Source of the DNA: Escherichia phage AV126
Sequence record: OR352956.1
Length of the DNA: 64,000 nucleotides
Reading direction: 5' to 3' (one strand)
Shown here: positions 9,151-17,952 of the stretch, in pieces
How the letters are laid out: each line of letters opens with the position of its first letter
Numbering within the stretch: position 1 is the stretch's first letter
The notes under the pieces: generated by a model
What the model saw: only the letters and a program-made list of their open reading frames with translations
Databases searched by the model: none
What the model was told of the DNA's origin: nothing
Made by a program: the position numbers and the translations under genes

Positions 9151-10524
9151 ATGGCAACTTTTCGTGAAAAGGTAGCAACCGTAACTTTACTGTATGGTGC
9201 TACATCAATTCGTGAAACCCAGTTCGATATTCCTCTGATCCTTACAGGTCAGAACGTAACTGGCGAAGCGATTCAATATTACTCTTCTTCCGATGCACTT
9301 TTGGAAGCAGGTTATGGATTAAATGATCCAGCGTATATTATGGCAGTCAAACTGTTTAACGGTTTGTTCCCACCAGATCAAGTCATGGTTGGTAAGCGTG
9401 AAGTTACAAACTTTACTCTAACTCCAATCGTAGAAGATAGTGCAACTTACACAATTACCATCAAAAATGGTACCAAGAAAAAAGAATTTAAATTCATTGC
9501 TGATGACACTGCAACTGCACAAGAGATTGTAGTTGGTCTTACTGAAATGATCAATGCAGATCTTGTTTATGGCTCACTGTTTACAGTAGCTAACAACGGC
9601 GCTGCAATGACTTTCACTCCAGTAGAAGGTAAGTTTGGTTCTATTGACAGCACAGGTTTCACTCAAGAAACTGTCTATGCTAATGCTATTACGGAAGATA
9701 TTGCTGCTCTGCATGATATTGATAGTAGCTGGTTCTGGACCCTTTCAGATTCCCATGAAACAGAAGATGTTCTAGCTTTGGCTGCATGGGTAGAAGAGAA
9801 TGATAAAGTTTACTTCTTCTCTAGCTCTGAACCTGGAATTAAAACGAAAGCAGAAGACAACGTTCTGGAACGACTGAATGACCTCGGTTATAATAACACT
9901 TGCTTTGCATTGTGGATGACCGATGCAGATTCTGTATTCCCAGAAGCAGCAGTTGTTGGTGCTATCTGTTCTCGTCAACCTGGTTTAACTACCCTTCACG
10001 GTAAAACACTGGTAGGTGTAGAGATCGAGAAACTAGATCAGACTTCGGAAAACAATATTGTTCAACAGAACGGTAACATCTATCGTAAAGAGCATGGAAC
10101 TCTGTTCTATCGTGATGGATTGATGGTTAGCGGTTTCTTTGTTGACTATGTTGTTCATGCTTTGTGGTTTAAAGCTCGCACAGAAGAATCACTGTTTACA
10201 CTGTTTAAACAACAGTCTATGCTGGGTGGTGGTGTTCGTGCTACTTCAAACGGTCTAGCTTTGATTCGACAAGCTGTTCTGGCTAACCCGATCCAAGTAG
10301 GTATCCTCAACGGTTCCATCGCTAATGAAGTTGTTACTTCTGAAGAGACTGGTTTGCGTGTCGATCTGAAACCTATTGTTTATATTCCTTCTCGTGCCGA
10401 TATGACCGATGCGCAAATCAATGCTCGTCTGGTTGATGGGATGAAGATTGAATATGTTTACGCTGGCTTCTTCCATTACGTTAAAGTTCAGGTCAACGTC
10501 CTGACTAACCGTACTGCAAACTAA
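9151..10524 (+). CDS. tail sheath protein
   Basis: 457 aa immediately upstream of 159 aa tube-like gene and chaperone/tape-measure block; synteny and size. Confidence 0.55.
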   Translation: MATFREKVATVTLLYGATSIRETQFDIPLILTGQNVTGEAIQYYSSSDALLEAGYGLNDPAYIMAVKLFNGLFPPDQVMVGKREVTNFTLTPIVEDSATYTITIKNGTKKKEFKFIADDTATAQEIVVGLTEMINADLVYGSLFTVANNGAAMTFTPVEGKFGSIDSTGFTQETVYANAITEDIAALHDIDSSWFWTLSDSHETEDVLALAAWVEENDKVYFFSSSEPGIKTKAEDNVLERLNDLGYNNTCFALWMTDADSVFPEAAVVGAICSRQPGLTTLHGKTLVGVEIEKLDQTSENNIVQQNGNIYRKEHGTLFYRDGLMVSGFFVDYVVHALWFKARTEESLFTLFKQQSMLGGGVRATSNGLALIRQAVLANPIQVGILNGSIANEVVTSEETGLRVDLKPIVYIPSRADMTDAQINARLVDGMKIEYVYAGFFHYVKVQVNVLTNRTAN

Positions 10525-10527
10525 TAC

Positions 10528-10550
10528 GGCGGGGGTTAAGCCCCCGTTAT
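10528..10550 (+). terminator. hairpin after sheath gene (weak terminator/attenuator)
   Basis: CGGGGG-ttaag-CCCCCG stem-loop, poor U-tract (TTATCAAAATAAAG). Confidence 0.35.
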
Positions 10551-10570
10551 CAAAATAAAGAGGATCTATA

Positions 10571-11050
10571 ATGGATAAAATGCTTACTGGCGTAATGGCC
10601 TACGACCCATCTCAAGTTATCCTTTCATTAGGTGGTTGGGAACCGTGGGGTTTTGCGGCTGATACTAAAATCGTTATTGCTAAATCTAACGATATTATCA
10701 ACCCTTATTCAGGGACTGATGGGGACGTTTCATTAGCTTTGAGTCGTAACCGTTTGGGAACACTCACAATGTCTTTGCAACGCACATCTCCAGCTAACGA
10801 AGTACTTGCAACATATGCACAAACAATGTATTCTACTCGTCAAGTAGCATTCAGTGTTTACTTGGAAGACCCACGTGGCTATTACATTAGCACGATTGGA
10901 TGGATTCAAAGTCAGCCTGAAGATACTATTGGCGAAATGATTACAGAGAACCAATGGGTTATTGGTCTTAAAGATGCAAGCCTTCTGCGTAATGAAGTTG
11001 GTGTAGGTTTGAGCACCCTTAACTCAATCTCTGCTCTGACAATTCAATAA
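10571..11050 (+). CDS. tail tube protein
   Basis: 159 aa between sheath and chaperone/tape measure; GAGG SD; followed by strong terminator. Confidence 0.5.
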   Translation: MDKMLTGVMAYDPSQVILSLGGWEPWGFAADTKIVIAKSNDIINPYSGTDGDVSLALSRNRLGTLTMSLQRTSPANEVLATYAQTMYSTRQVAFSVYLEDPRGYYISTIGWIQSQPEDTIGEMITENQWVIGLKDASLLRNEVGVGLSTLNSISALTIQ

Positions 11051-11056
11051 TAAATA

Positions 11057-11078
11057 AAGGGCAGAAATGCCCTTTTTA
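11057..11078 (+). terminator. intrinsic terminator after tube gene
   Basis: AGGGCA-gaaa-TGCCCT hairpin followed by TTTTT. Confidence 0.7.
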
Positions 11079-11095
11079 TCATTAGAGAGGAAAAT

Positions 11096-11578
11096 ATGTC
11101 ACAAGAACAAGATAACACAATTCAAAAATATGCTCGACCAGAAGAAGTAGTTGAGATTCCGTTAGATGGAAACAGATCTGTTACTTTCCGTATTATGAAG
11201 TGGAGTCCATCTAAAGTGTTTGACAGGATTCCAGAATTGGGTAGTGTTCTGGTTGTTCCTATGACTATGTATAGCACAGCAACAATGTCCGCAGACGAAG
11301 ACCTTGAGTCACGTATTGCTATGGCACTGATCCAACTTTTTGCAGGTTTGGAAGAAAAGAATTTAACTGTCTTTTTGCGTAAAATTTTAGATGAGGTTTA
11401 TACTCAAGACGGTTATAACGTTGCAGAAAATTTTGATGAATTATTTATGGCTCACCCAGAACTAGTGTTAGATCTTACTGCTAAAGTTCTGGAGGTAAAC
11501 TACGGCCCTTTTTTCAAACGAGGTTTCGGAAAACTGTTCACACAGCTTCAGGCGATGACGAGTTTAGCAGCAAATTAA
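11096..11578 (+). CDS. tail assembly chaperone (short, zero-frame product)
   Basis: 160 aa between tube and tape measure; contains slippery heptamer T_TTT_TTC near its 3' end; -1 frame open across the overlap. Confidence 0.6.
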   Translation: MSQEQDNTIQKYARPEEVVEIPLDGNRSVTFRIMKWSPSKVFDRIPELGSVLVVPMTMYSTATMSADEDLESRIAMALIQLFAGLEEKNLTVFLRKILDEVYTQDGYNVAENFDELFMAHPELVLDLTAKVLEVNYGPFFKRGFGKLFTQLQAMTSLAAN

Positions 11579-11844
11579 CACCTGCGATTGAACATGCTAT
11601 CGACACAGCAACGAAAACCCTTACTTTGAAGTGGTATGAGGTTATTCTTTGCAAAGTCGTTAAAGATACCTCGGAAACACTGAAAACATTGGATAACTAC
11701 GGTGTAGATTATCTTTTAAAACTATATGAGTATTTAACATACGAAGAGTATGTTGAAGCCATGTATGTTAAAGACACTTCAATAAAGAGAAAACATCAAA
11801 ACCAGACAAATAAAATGTCAGATTTGTTTAAGAAACTTGTTTAA
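11096..11844 (+). CDS. tail assembly chaperone, predicted -1 frameshift fusion isoform
   Basis: Joining frame 2 (11096 to slip site) to frame 1 (to TAA at 11842-11844) gives about 249 aa; lambda G/GT-like arrangement upstream of tape measure. Confidence 0.5.
11509..11515 (+). other. -1 programmed ribosomal frameshift slippery site (T TTT TTC)
   Basis: XXXYYYZ heptamer in zero frame (codons TTT TTC); -1 frame is open and start-codon-free from 11485 through 11844. Confidence 0.55.
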
Positions 11845-11864
11845 TCCAACACGAGGAACATACT

Positions 11865-13853
11865 TTGTTAGAAATTAACGCCTCCAAAATTAGTAACGTG
11901 GTTACGTTTAAGGTGGACAAGAACAGTCTCAAGGAAGCAAAAGATGCCGTGTTGAGTGTTCAGAAGTTTGCAAATAAAATGCAACCCACTATGAACATGA
12001 CCAAGTTTAGACAACAAATGAAAGAGATTGAGCGTGAACTTAAGAAAGCTCAAACTCAAAGTCAAAAACCTATGCGAGCACCTACTCCCGCTGGAGCGGG
12101 TGCTCCTGTAGGCGGATCTGGCAGACCTAGAACTCCTAAAACCCCGCAAGGAAGAGAAGAAGAAAAAGCTCGTAAAGCTGCTGAACGCGAAGCTAAAGCA
12201 GCAGCACGTAGGGAAGACTTAGGTAATCTTCGTTTGCAGAACTTTAACTACAGAGCAAGAGCATTTAGTAAAGCCAGTCCTGGCGCTATGCAAGAAGCTA
12301 GAGACGTTATGGGTAAAGCTGTAGAGCAATACAAAAAGGGTGAAATAACTCTTCAACGTATGAACCAAGCTCTTGCTCACCAGTTGGATGCTTTACGCAG
12401 ATCTCATCGTGAAAAGAATGCTGAAATAGAAGACGAGGTTCGCGGTCGTCGCCGTATTCGTAGAGAGTTAGAAGCAGAAGCTAAAATGCGTATACGTATG
12501 CGAAATCGTGAACTTAGGGATATAGAACGAAATCGTAAGCGTGAATTAGCACAACAAAAACGTGATCGTGACCGTAGATATGGACAATTAAAAGAAGGTG
12601 CAGCAGGTCTTAATCCACGTATGATTGCATCCTCTTTGATAGGTGCTGGGCTGTTTGCAGGTGGTTCTGTAGTTGGTAACACGTTGATGAATACTAACGA
12701 AAGAATTAAACTTGTAAGCCGTGGTGCTGAAAACGTTCAGACAAACGCCAACGCTATTTTGGCAATGACAGCTTGGGGTGAACAGAACGGTGTAGACTCT
12801 GCAAATATTATTAAATCAATAGATAATATTAAAGACGTTCGTGAACGTCTTGGTAATACAGTTTTAGCTGCAAAGTGGAATGAGAAAGAAGGGAAGTGGA
12901 AAGGCGGTGATAATGGCATAACTGACATTATGAACTTGTTTGGATGGAATCCAGAACAGCTTAAACCTTTACAGAACGATCCTTTAGCTTTTATTCAGGC
13001 TACTGTTAATGAAGGTGAGCGTCGAGGTATGAACTCTGCTCAAATCGGGCGACTTCTTGAAAACCTTGGTGATGACCTTATGCACTACCAACGTATGTTT
13101 AGTAAAAACGGCGAAGGATATAATGAAGTATTGAAAATGCTTCAAAGAACAGGTGCAACATTAACTCAAGAACAAATAGATGCTTCTAAAGAGTTTACTC
13201 GTTTTGCTGCAACAGTTCAGCTTGTAGGTCAAGGTATGCAGAATCATTTCTTAGAGGGTTTTGTAAAAGCTTTACCTAAAGATGATTCTTGGTTGGATAA
13301 CGTTAAAGTGCTAGATCAGTTCGCCAAAGATTTAGGTGAAGAACTTGGTAAAACAACAGTTCAACTTGGTGGTTTTGCTAAAGAATTAGGAGATGGTTTC
13401 GGATCTTTTACCAATTGGCTTAAAGAAACATTCCCAGATACCTTCGGAGACAACACAGATCCTAATAAATCTTTGGCACAAAAAGCATACGAGGCAACGC
13501 AAAGTGGAGACAGCAATCCTGTAGCAGATTGGTTGTACAATTTAACAGGTATTGATACACAAGATATTGGTCGTATGTGGAGAGGAGAACAAACAAGGAC
13601 ACGTGCTTTTGGATTTGGTAATCCTCTTGAAGATTTACGTGAATCAGCCTATACACCTAACGTAAGTTTGGCTCGTAATCAACCTGTTGTTGAGAATACG
13701 GTAGCAATACCAAGTGATCTTATCAAAGTTACGATCAGCCCTTCTTCCGAGTTTGGAAATATTCTTGATGCAAGAATTCAAAATAGCGGAAATAGTATTT
13801 TCCAACGTTTGTCTCTTTCAACTCTAAGTGGACAATCTAACACTGGTGGTTAA
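11865..13853 (+). CDS. tail tape measure protein
   Basis: 662 aa; TTG start with GAGG SD; Arg/Lys/Glu coiled-coil N-half, Gly-rich hydrophobic segment (IASSLIGAGLFAGGSVVG); position after chaperone. Confidence 0.65.
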   Translation: MLEINASKISNVVTFKVDKNSLKEAKDAVLSVQKFANKMQPTMNMTKFRQQMKEIERELKKAQTQSQKPMRAPTPAGAGAPVGGSGRPRTPKTPQGREEEKARKAAEREAKAAARREDLGNLRLQNFNYRARAFSKASPGAMQEARDVMGKAVEQYKKGEITLQRMNQALAHQLDALRRSHREKNAEIEDEVRGRRRIRRELEAEAKMRIRMRNRELRDIERNRKRELAQQKRDRDRRYGQLKEGAAGLNPRMIASSLIGAGLFAGGSVVGNTLMNTNERIKLVSRGAENVQTNANAILAMTAWGEQNGVDSANIIKSIDNIKDVRERLGNTVLAAKWNEKEGKWKGGDNGITDIMNLFGWNPEQLKPLQNDPLAFIQATVNEGERRGMNSAQIGRLLENLGDDLMHYQRMFSKNGEGYNEVLKMLQRTGATLTQEQIDASKEFTRFAATVQLVGQGMQNHFLEGFVKALPKDDSWLDNVKVLDQFAKDLGEELGKTTVQLGGFAKELGDGFGSFTNWLKETFPDTFGDNTDPNKSLAQKAYEATQSGDSNPVADWLYNLTGIDTQDIGRMWRGEQTRTRAFGFGNPLEDLRESAYTPNVSLARNQPVVENTVAIPSDLIKVTISPSSEFGNILDARIQNSGNSIFQRLSLSTLSGQSNTGG

Positions 13854-13860
13854 TAAAATA

Positions 13861-13882
13861 CCTCGCTTCGGCGGGGTTTTTT
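13861..13882 (+). terminator. intrinsic terminator after tape measure gene (UUCG tetraloop)
   Basis: CCTCGC-TTCG-GCGGGG hairpin followed by TTTTTT. Confidence 0.75.
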
Positions 13883-13890
13883 CGTTTCCC

Positions 13891-13920
13891 TTGACACGAA
13901 GTTTCTATATGTGTTACAAT
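13891..13920 (+). promoter_or_regulatory. sigma70-like promoter, TTGACA-N18-TACAAT
   Basis: -35 at 13891-13896, -10 at 13915-13920, just after the terminator; followed by 5'-UTR hairpin GGAAGAT-cttgc-ATCTTCC (13931-13949). Confidence 0.5.
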
Positions 13921-13979
13921 AATCAATATGGGAAGATCTTGCATCTTCCTTTTGGCATTATCATTACTACGAGGTTATC

Positions 13980-14681
13980 ATGGCAGCAATGACTCCACAA
14001 CAGTCGGTGAGAGCCGTCTATAAGGCAGAACAGGAAATCAACTCTACCGAGAATAAAAATACCTCGGCATCTACTGTAAAGGGTGATAATGGTTTCTGCA
14101 TTTTAGCAAGTGTTTATAACAGTTCAAGTGATCAATACATTCAAAACTTTAAAGCAATTACTTTCGATTCAGTCCCTGAAATAGGTGTAACTCGTGAGGC
14201 AGATGTTACAAGTTTTCCAGTAGAATCAGGATCGGATGTAAGTGACCACGTTCAAATAAAAAACAACAGATTTAAACTTTCAGGTATAATTACCGAAACA
14301 CCAATTCGGCTTATGCGAGATCAATTATACAGTGCAGGTGTAAATGGAGCAAGGATTTCTCAAGCAATAGAATATCTAGACCAAATATTTGAGGCAAGAC
14401 AACCAATAGTTCTTTTGACAGAACACAGAACTTTTGAAAATGTTATCCTCAAAGGTTATTCGTATGATTATAAATCTGAATTTGCTATGCAATTTGATTT
14501 AGAGTTTGAACAAATCCGTCTCGTTTCTAAGGCCACTACTAACGCTATTGCTGTAAAAACAGCACCAAATAAGTCAACTGGTGGTGATGTGAAAGGTCAA
14601 GTTGCTTCGAATGGTCCTAAGTCAGATATTACAGTAAGAACTGCTGAAGCTACTAATACCCCAACAAACAACGGAGGTTAA
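13980..14681 (+). CDS. hypothetical tail/baseplate protein
   Basis: 233 aa, first gene after tape measure; GAGG SD. Confidence 0.5.
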   Translation: MAAMTPQQSVRAVYKAEQEINSTENKNTSASTVKGDNGFCILASVYNSSSDQYIQNFKAITFDSVPEIGVTREADVTSFPVESGSDVSDHVQIKNNRFKLSGIITETPIRLMRDQLYSAGVNGARISQAIEYLDQIFEARQPIVLLTEHRTFENVILKGYSYDYKSEFAMQFDLEFEQIRLVSKATTNAIAVKTAPNKSTGGDVKGQVASNGPKSDITVRTAEATNTPTNNGG

Positions 14682-14683
14682 TA

Positions 14684-15097
14684 GTGACAACTTATTCTAA
14701 AACAACAAGGTCTACAAGTAATGCAGGCTACAGTGCAGTTTATCTGGAGGACCATTCTACTTATTTTGCATGGTATCTGAAAACTGAAGAGTACCCTGAT
14801 CAAACATATACAGTTACATTGGATGGAGTTGATTATGACATTCGTTTAAGGTGGAACACTAGGGACGAGTCTTGGCAATGTCAGATAGGATTATCTGGAG
14901 ATGATCCAAGTATAAGTTTCAAAGTTACAAATGGTTTAGATCTTCTTAAACCTTATAAATATCTTGAAAGTGTGCCAGATGGTCAATTGTATATAGTAGA
15001 TACAGTTAAGATTAATGGTCGTCCTGGGTATACAACTACAGGTCGAGATAAACGTTTTGTATTGGTTTATATTGATAACAAACCTAATCAGGCGTAA
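14684..15097 (+). CDS. hypothetical baseplate protein
   Basis: GTG start after GGAGG SD; 137 aa. Confidence 0.45.
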   Translation: MTTYSKTTRSTSNAGYSAVYLEDHSTYFAWYLKTEEYPDQTYTVTLDGVDYDIRLRWNTRDESWQCQIGLSGDDPSISFKVTNGLDLLKPYKYLESVPDGQLYIVDTVKINGRPGYTTTGRDKRFVLVYIDNKPNQA

Positions 15098-15106
15098 GGA
15101 GATAAT

Positions 15107-16117
15107 ATGGCAGAAAGAGAGTATACAAAAGCTCCTGCCCCTAATTTAAACAGGGCATACAAATTATTAATTGGTTCTGCCACAAACACAATACAGAAGA
15201 GAACTAAGAACTCGGCATTTAAATCTACGGTAGATTTGGATACCAAGTTAGGGACAACAGAAAAATCCTCTTCTAATTTGTATTTGTTGCAAGACCATCA
15301 AATAACCTTCAGCATTAAGAAAGATAATAACAAAGATCCTAACCAAGCAGAGATTGTAGTTTATAACCTTTCGGATGATACTGTTAACTATATAAACCGT
15401 GGTATCCGAAATAACTTGGCTGTTGCTTTAGCGGTAGGATACGAAGGTGAAGAGTTGGTTATGGTCTTCAAAGGAACTATCCAGTGGGTTAGTGATACTT
15501 TTGACTCGGTAGACAGGAAAACCACTTTACACTGTTTGGATGGCGGTATTAACATTGCAGAAGCAAGAACAAGCCGCAGTTATCCAAAAGGAACTAAAAT
15601 CAAACGTGTTGTTACAGATTTGGTAAAGGATTTAGGAACTACAGAAGGTAATATACACGTAGATAATGATCAAACCTTATCTTCAGCAACAGCTATGTGT
15701 GGAAACACTTCACATTACCTAGAACATATTTGTAAAAGTATTGATCACAATGTGTCAATACAAGATGGATCTGTTTATGTCACTCCTCGTTCACAAATGT
15801 CTAGTGCACGTAGCGCCTATATTAGCCCTGAAACTGGTCTGATAGGAAGTCCAGAACCATTCCACAACGATATAAAACCTACTAAAAAAGTTACCAAGTC
15901 CTCTAAGAAGGCAAAGAAACCTACAGACGGTGTTAAATTCAAATGCCAAATGAATGGTGCAATATTACCAGAAAAAACAATCTGGTTAAAAAGCCGAGAT
16001 TATGATGGTCCATTTAAAGTTGTTTCTGTTTCTCACAATGGTGATAAAGAGGGTAAAGAGTGGGTTACTGAAGTGGAGTGTGTATCCGTGTCTGAAATAA
16101 TGACTAAGGAGAAATAA
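15107..16117 (+). CDS. putative baseplate hub protein
   Basis: 336 aa directly upstream of V-like spike and W-like genes (Mu gp44 / P2 gpD position). Confidence 0.35.
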   Translation: MAEREYTKAPAPNLNRAYKLLIGSATNTIQKRTKNSAFKSTVDLDTKLGTTEKSSSNLYLLQDHQITFSIKKDNNKDPNQAEIVVYNLSDDTVNYINRGIRNNLAVALAVGYEGEELVMVFKGTIQWVSDTFDSVDRKTTLHCLDGGINIAEARTSRSYPKGTKIKRVVTDLVKDLGTTEGNIHVDNDQTLSSATAMCGNTSHYLEHICKSIDHNVSIQDGSVYVTPRSQMSSARSAYISPETGLIGSPEPFHNDIKPTKKVTKSSKKAKKPTDGVKFKCQMNGAILPEKTIWLKSRDYDGPFKVVSVSHNGDKEGKEWVTEVECVSVSEIMTKEK

Positions 16118-16851
16118 TGGATGCATTGAATTTTGTCACAGCAATGCGTGGCTTAATGACAGAACAATTAGCAGAAGTCCATACAGCCTTGCCAGTCCGT
16201 GTGACTGGCGTTAATTATGGTGCTAAAACTGTCACTTTAGAATCTATTGTTAAAAACACACGATCTAGTGAAGATGAAATAGATTACCCTACTTTTGAAG
16301 ATGTTCCTTTTATGGTTAATGGCGGGGGGACAGGAAGAATCTCATTCCCTATTAAAGCTGGTGATTTAGGAACTGTTATATTTTCTGAAAGAGATCCTTC
16401 TAATGCACTGCAAACTAGTGGGGAAACCTCTTCATCATCCACTTTTATGCAGCCTTGTGGATTATACCCTATTTGTTTTATTCCCAAAATAGCTACAGGA
16501 ACAGATTCAACAGAAGCTGTAGATTCTGAAAAGGTAGTTATTTCTAATAACAAAAACACGTACGCTTCTTTCGACCCTACAGGTAATATTTCAATATGGA
16601 ATAGTCAAGGGATGAAAATAGATATTACTACCTCTGGTATTACTATTACAGATGGCACAGGGACTTTGGATCTAAAAGGTGGTAATTTAACTTTCAAAGG
16701 CGGCGTAGCAGATATTAATGGTCTTAAAATAGATCAGAACGGTTTGATGACAGATGGTAATGGCATCGGATTCCATACTCACACGCACACGGTTCGTAAC
16801 ATTCAGAGCGGTAGCTCAAGTGCCGAGTCCTTAAAACCAACAGGAGCCTAA
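16117..16851 (+). CDS. baseplate central spike protein (P2 gpV-like)
   Basis: PVRVTGVN and AGDLGTVIFSERD resemble the gpV OB-fold motif; C-terminal HTHTHT His cluster like metal-binding spike tips. Confidence 0.55.
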   Translation: MDALNFVTAMRGLMTEQLAEVHTALPVRVTGVNYGAKTVTLESIVKNTRSSEDEIDYPTFEDVPFMVNGGGTGRISFPIKAGDLGTVIFSERDPSNALQTSGETSSSSTFMQPCGLYPICFIPKIATGTDSTEAVDSEKVVISNNKNTYASFDPTGNISIWNSQGMKIDITTSGITITDGTGTLDLKGGNLTFKGGVADINGLKIDQNGLMTDGNGIGFHTHTHTVRNIQSGSSSAESLKPTGA

Positions 16852-16852
16852 C

Positions 16853-17479
16853 ATGGGAATCCCTTTTGACTTAAAGCTTGGACCAAACAACGACCTCATC
16901 ATGGACGATGGGGATTTGGTCCTCACCACAACCAGAACAGAAATTGCAGCACAAACTCTTGGGATAACTCTGAACACGTATCGTGGAGAGTGGTTTTTAA
17001 ATACTAACTTCGGTGTTCCTTACTTACAAGAGATTATTGGTGTTGCTAGAAAGAAAGATATTGTAGACAGAATATTTTTAGCGGAGATTGCCAAAAACGT
17101 TTACATAGATACAATAAACAGTTATAAATCTGCTTATGACATGGACCAACGTTATTACTCAATGACAGTTATGGTGACAGTTGGAGCAGATACAGTAACA
17201 TCCATATTCAATACTCAACCTTCTGAAGAGTTTATTTACCCTGAAGCTGGTGAAGATAATGCAGCGATCATTTGTGAAGCTTACAGTATTGTTGAGAATT
17301 CGAATAGACTTTATCGCTTTATCAACTTTGTTGGTTTGCCACGTGATACCTACTCTACTTGGTGGAATGAATGGTCTACAGAGTCAGCAGGGGAAAGAAT
17401 CATGGTTAACGAAAAAGGTGATGCATTAGCTACAAACAATAATTTCGGTATAACAGCTATGACAGGAGTAGAAGAATAA
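16853..17479 (+). CDS. baseplate wedge protein (gp25/gpW-like)
   Basis: N-terminal DLVLTTTRTEIAAQTLGITLNTYRGEWFLNTNFGVPY matches the characteristic gp25/gpW motif. Confidence 0.55.
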   Translation: MGIPFDLKLGPNNDLIMDDGDLVLTTTRTEIAAQTLGITLNTYRGEWFLNTNFGVPYLQEIIGVARKKDIVDRIFLAEIAKNVYIDTINSYKSAYDMDQRYYSMTVMVTVGADTVTSIFNTQPSEEFIYPEAGEDNAAIICEAYSIVENSNRLYRFINFVGLPRDTYSTWWNEWSTESAGERIMVNEKGDALATNNNFGITAMTGVEE

Positions 17480-17952
17480 TGGCAGATTTAACTACGATCA
17501 AAGTTTCTGATCTTACACAAACAACCTCTGTATCTGATACAGATTTCTTTGTAACAGATCAGGCTGGAATAACAAAGAAGACTTCTTTGAAAGTGCTGTT
17601 GAGTGGTGCAGGGGTAACTAGAAACCGTTTAAATGCACGGGGAACAGTAACTAGCACTTTGGCATTAGATATTAGTTCAGCAGAATATTTTTCGGCAACC
17701 TTATCTTCTGCAACGTGCACAATTAGTTTTACTAATATTCCAGTAGCAACGAATGCAGTTTTAAACTTTACTTTATCTTTGCGTCAAGGAAGTGGCGCAA
17801 ATAAAGTCGTATGGCCTTCTTCTGTAAAATGGAGTTTTGGTCGTTCCCCAGTTTTGAGTTATCGTCAAGGTGCAACAGACACTTTTGAGTTTATCAGTTA
17901 TGATAATGGTGCAACTTGGACAGGTAGCTTAGTTTTAGCAGGAGTTATTTAA
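17479..17952 (+). CDS. hypothetical baseplate/tail protein
   Basis: 157 aa, Ser/Thr-rich, start overlaps upstream stop. Confidence 0.45.
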   Translation: MADLTTIKVSDLTQTTSVSDTDFFVTDQAGITKKTSLKVLLSGAGVTRNRLNARGTVTSTLALDISSAEYFSATLSSATCTISFTNIPVATNAVLNFTLSLRQGSGANKVVWPSSVKWSFGRSPVLSYRQGATDTFEFISYDNGATWTGSLVLAGVI

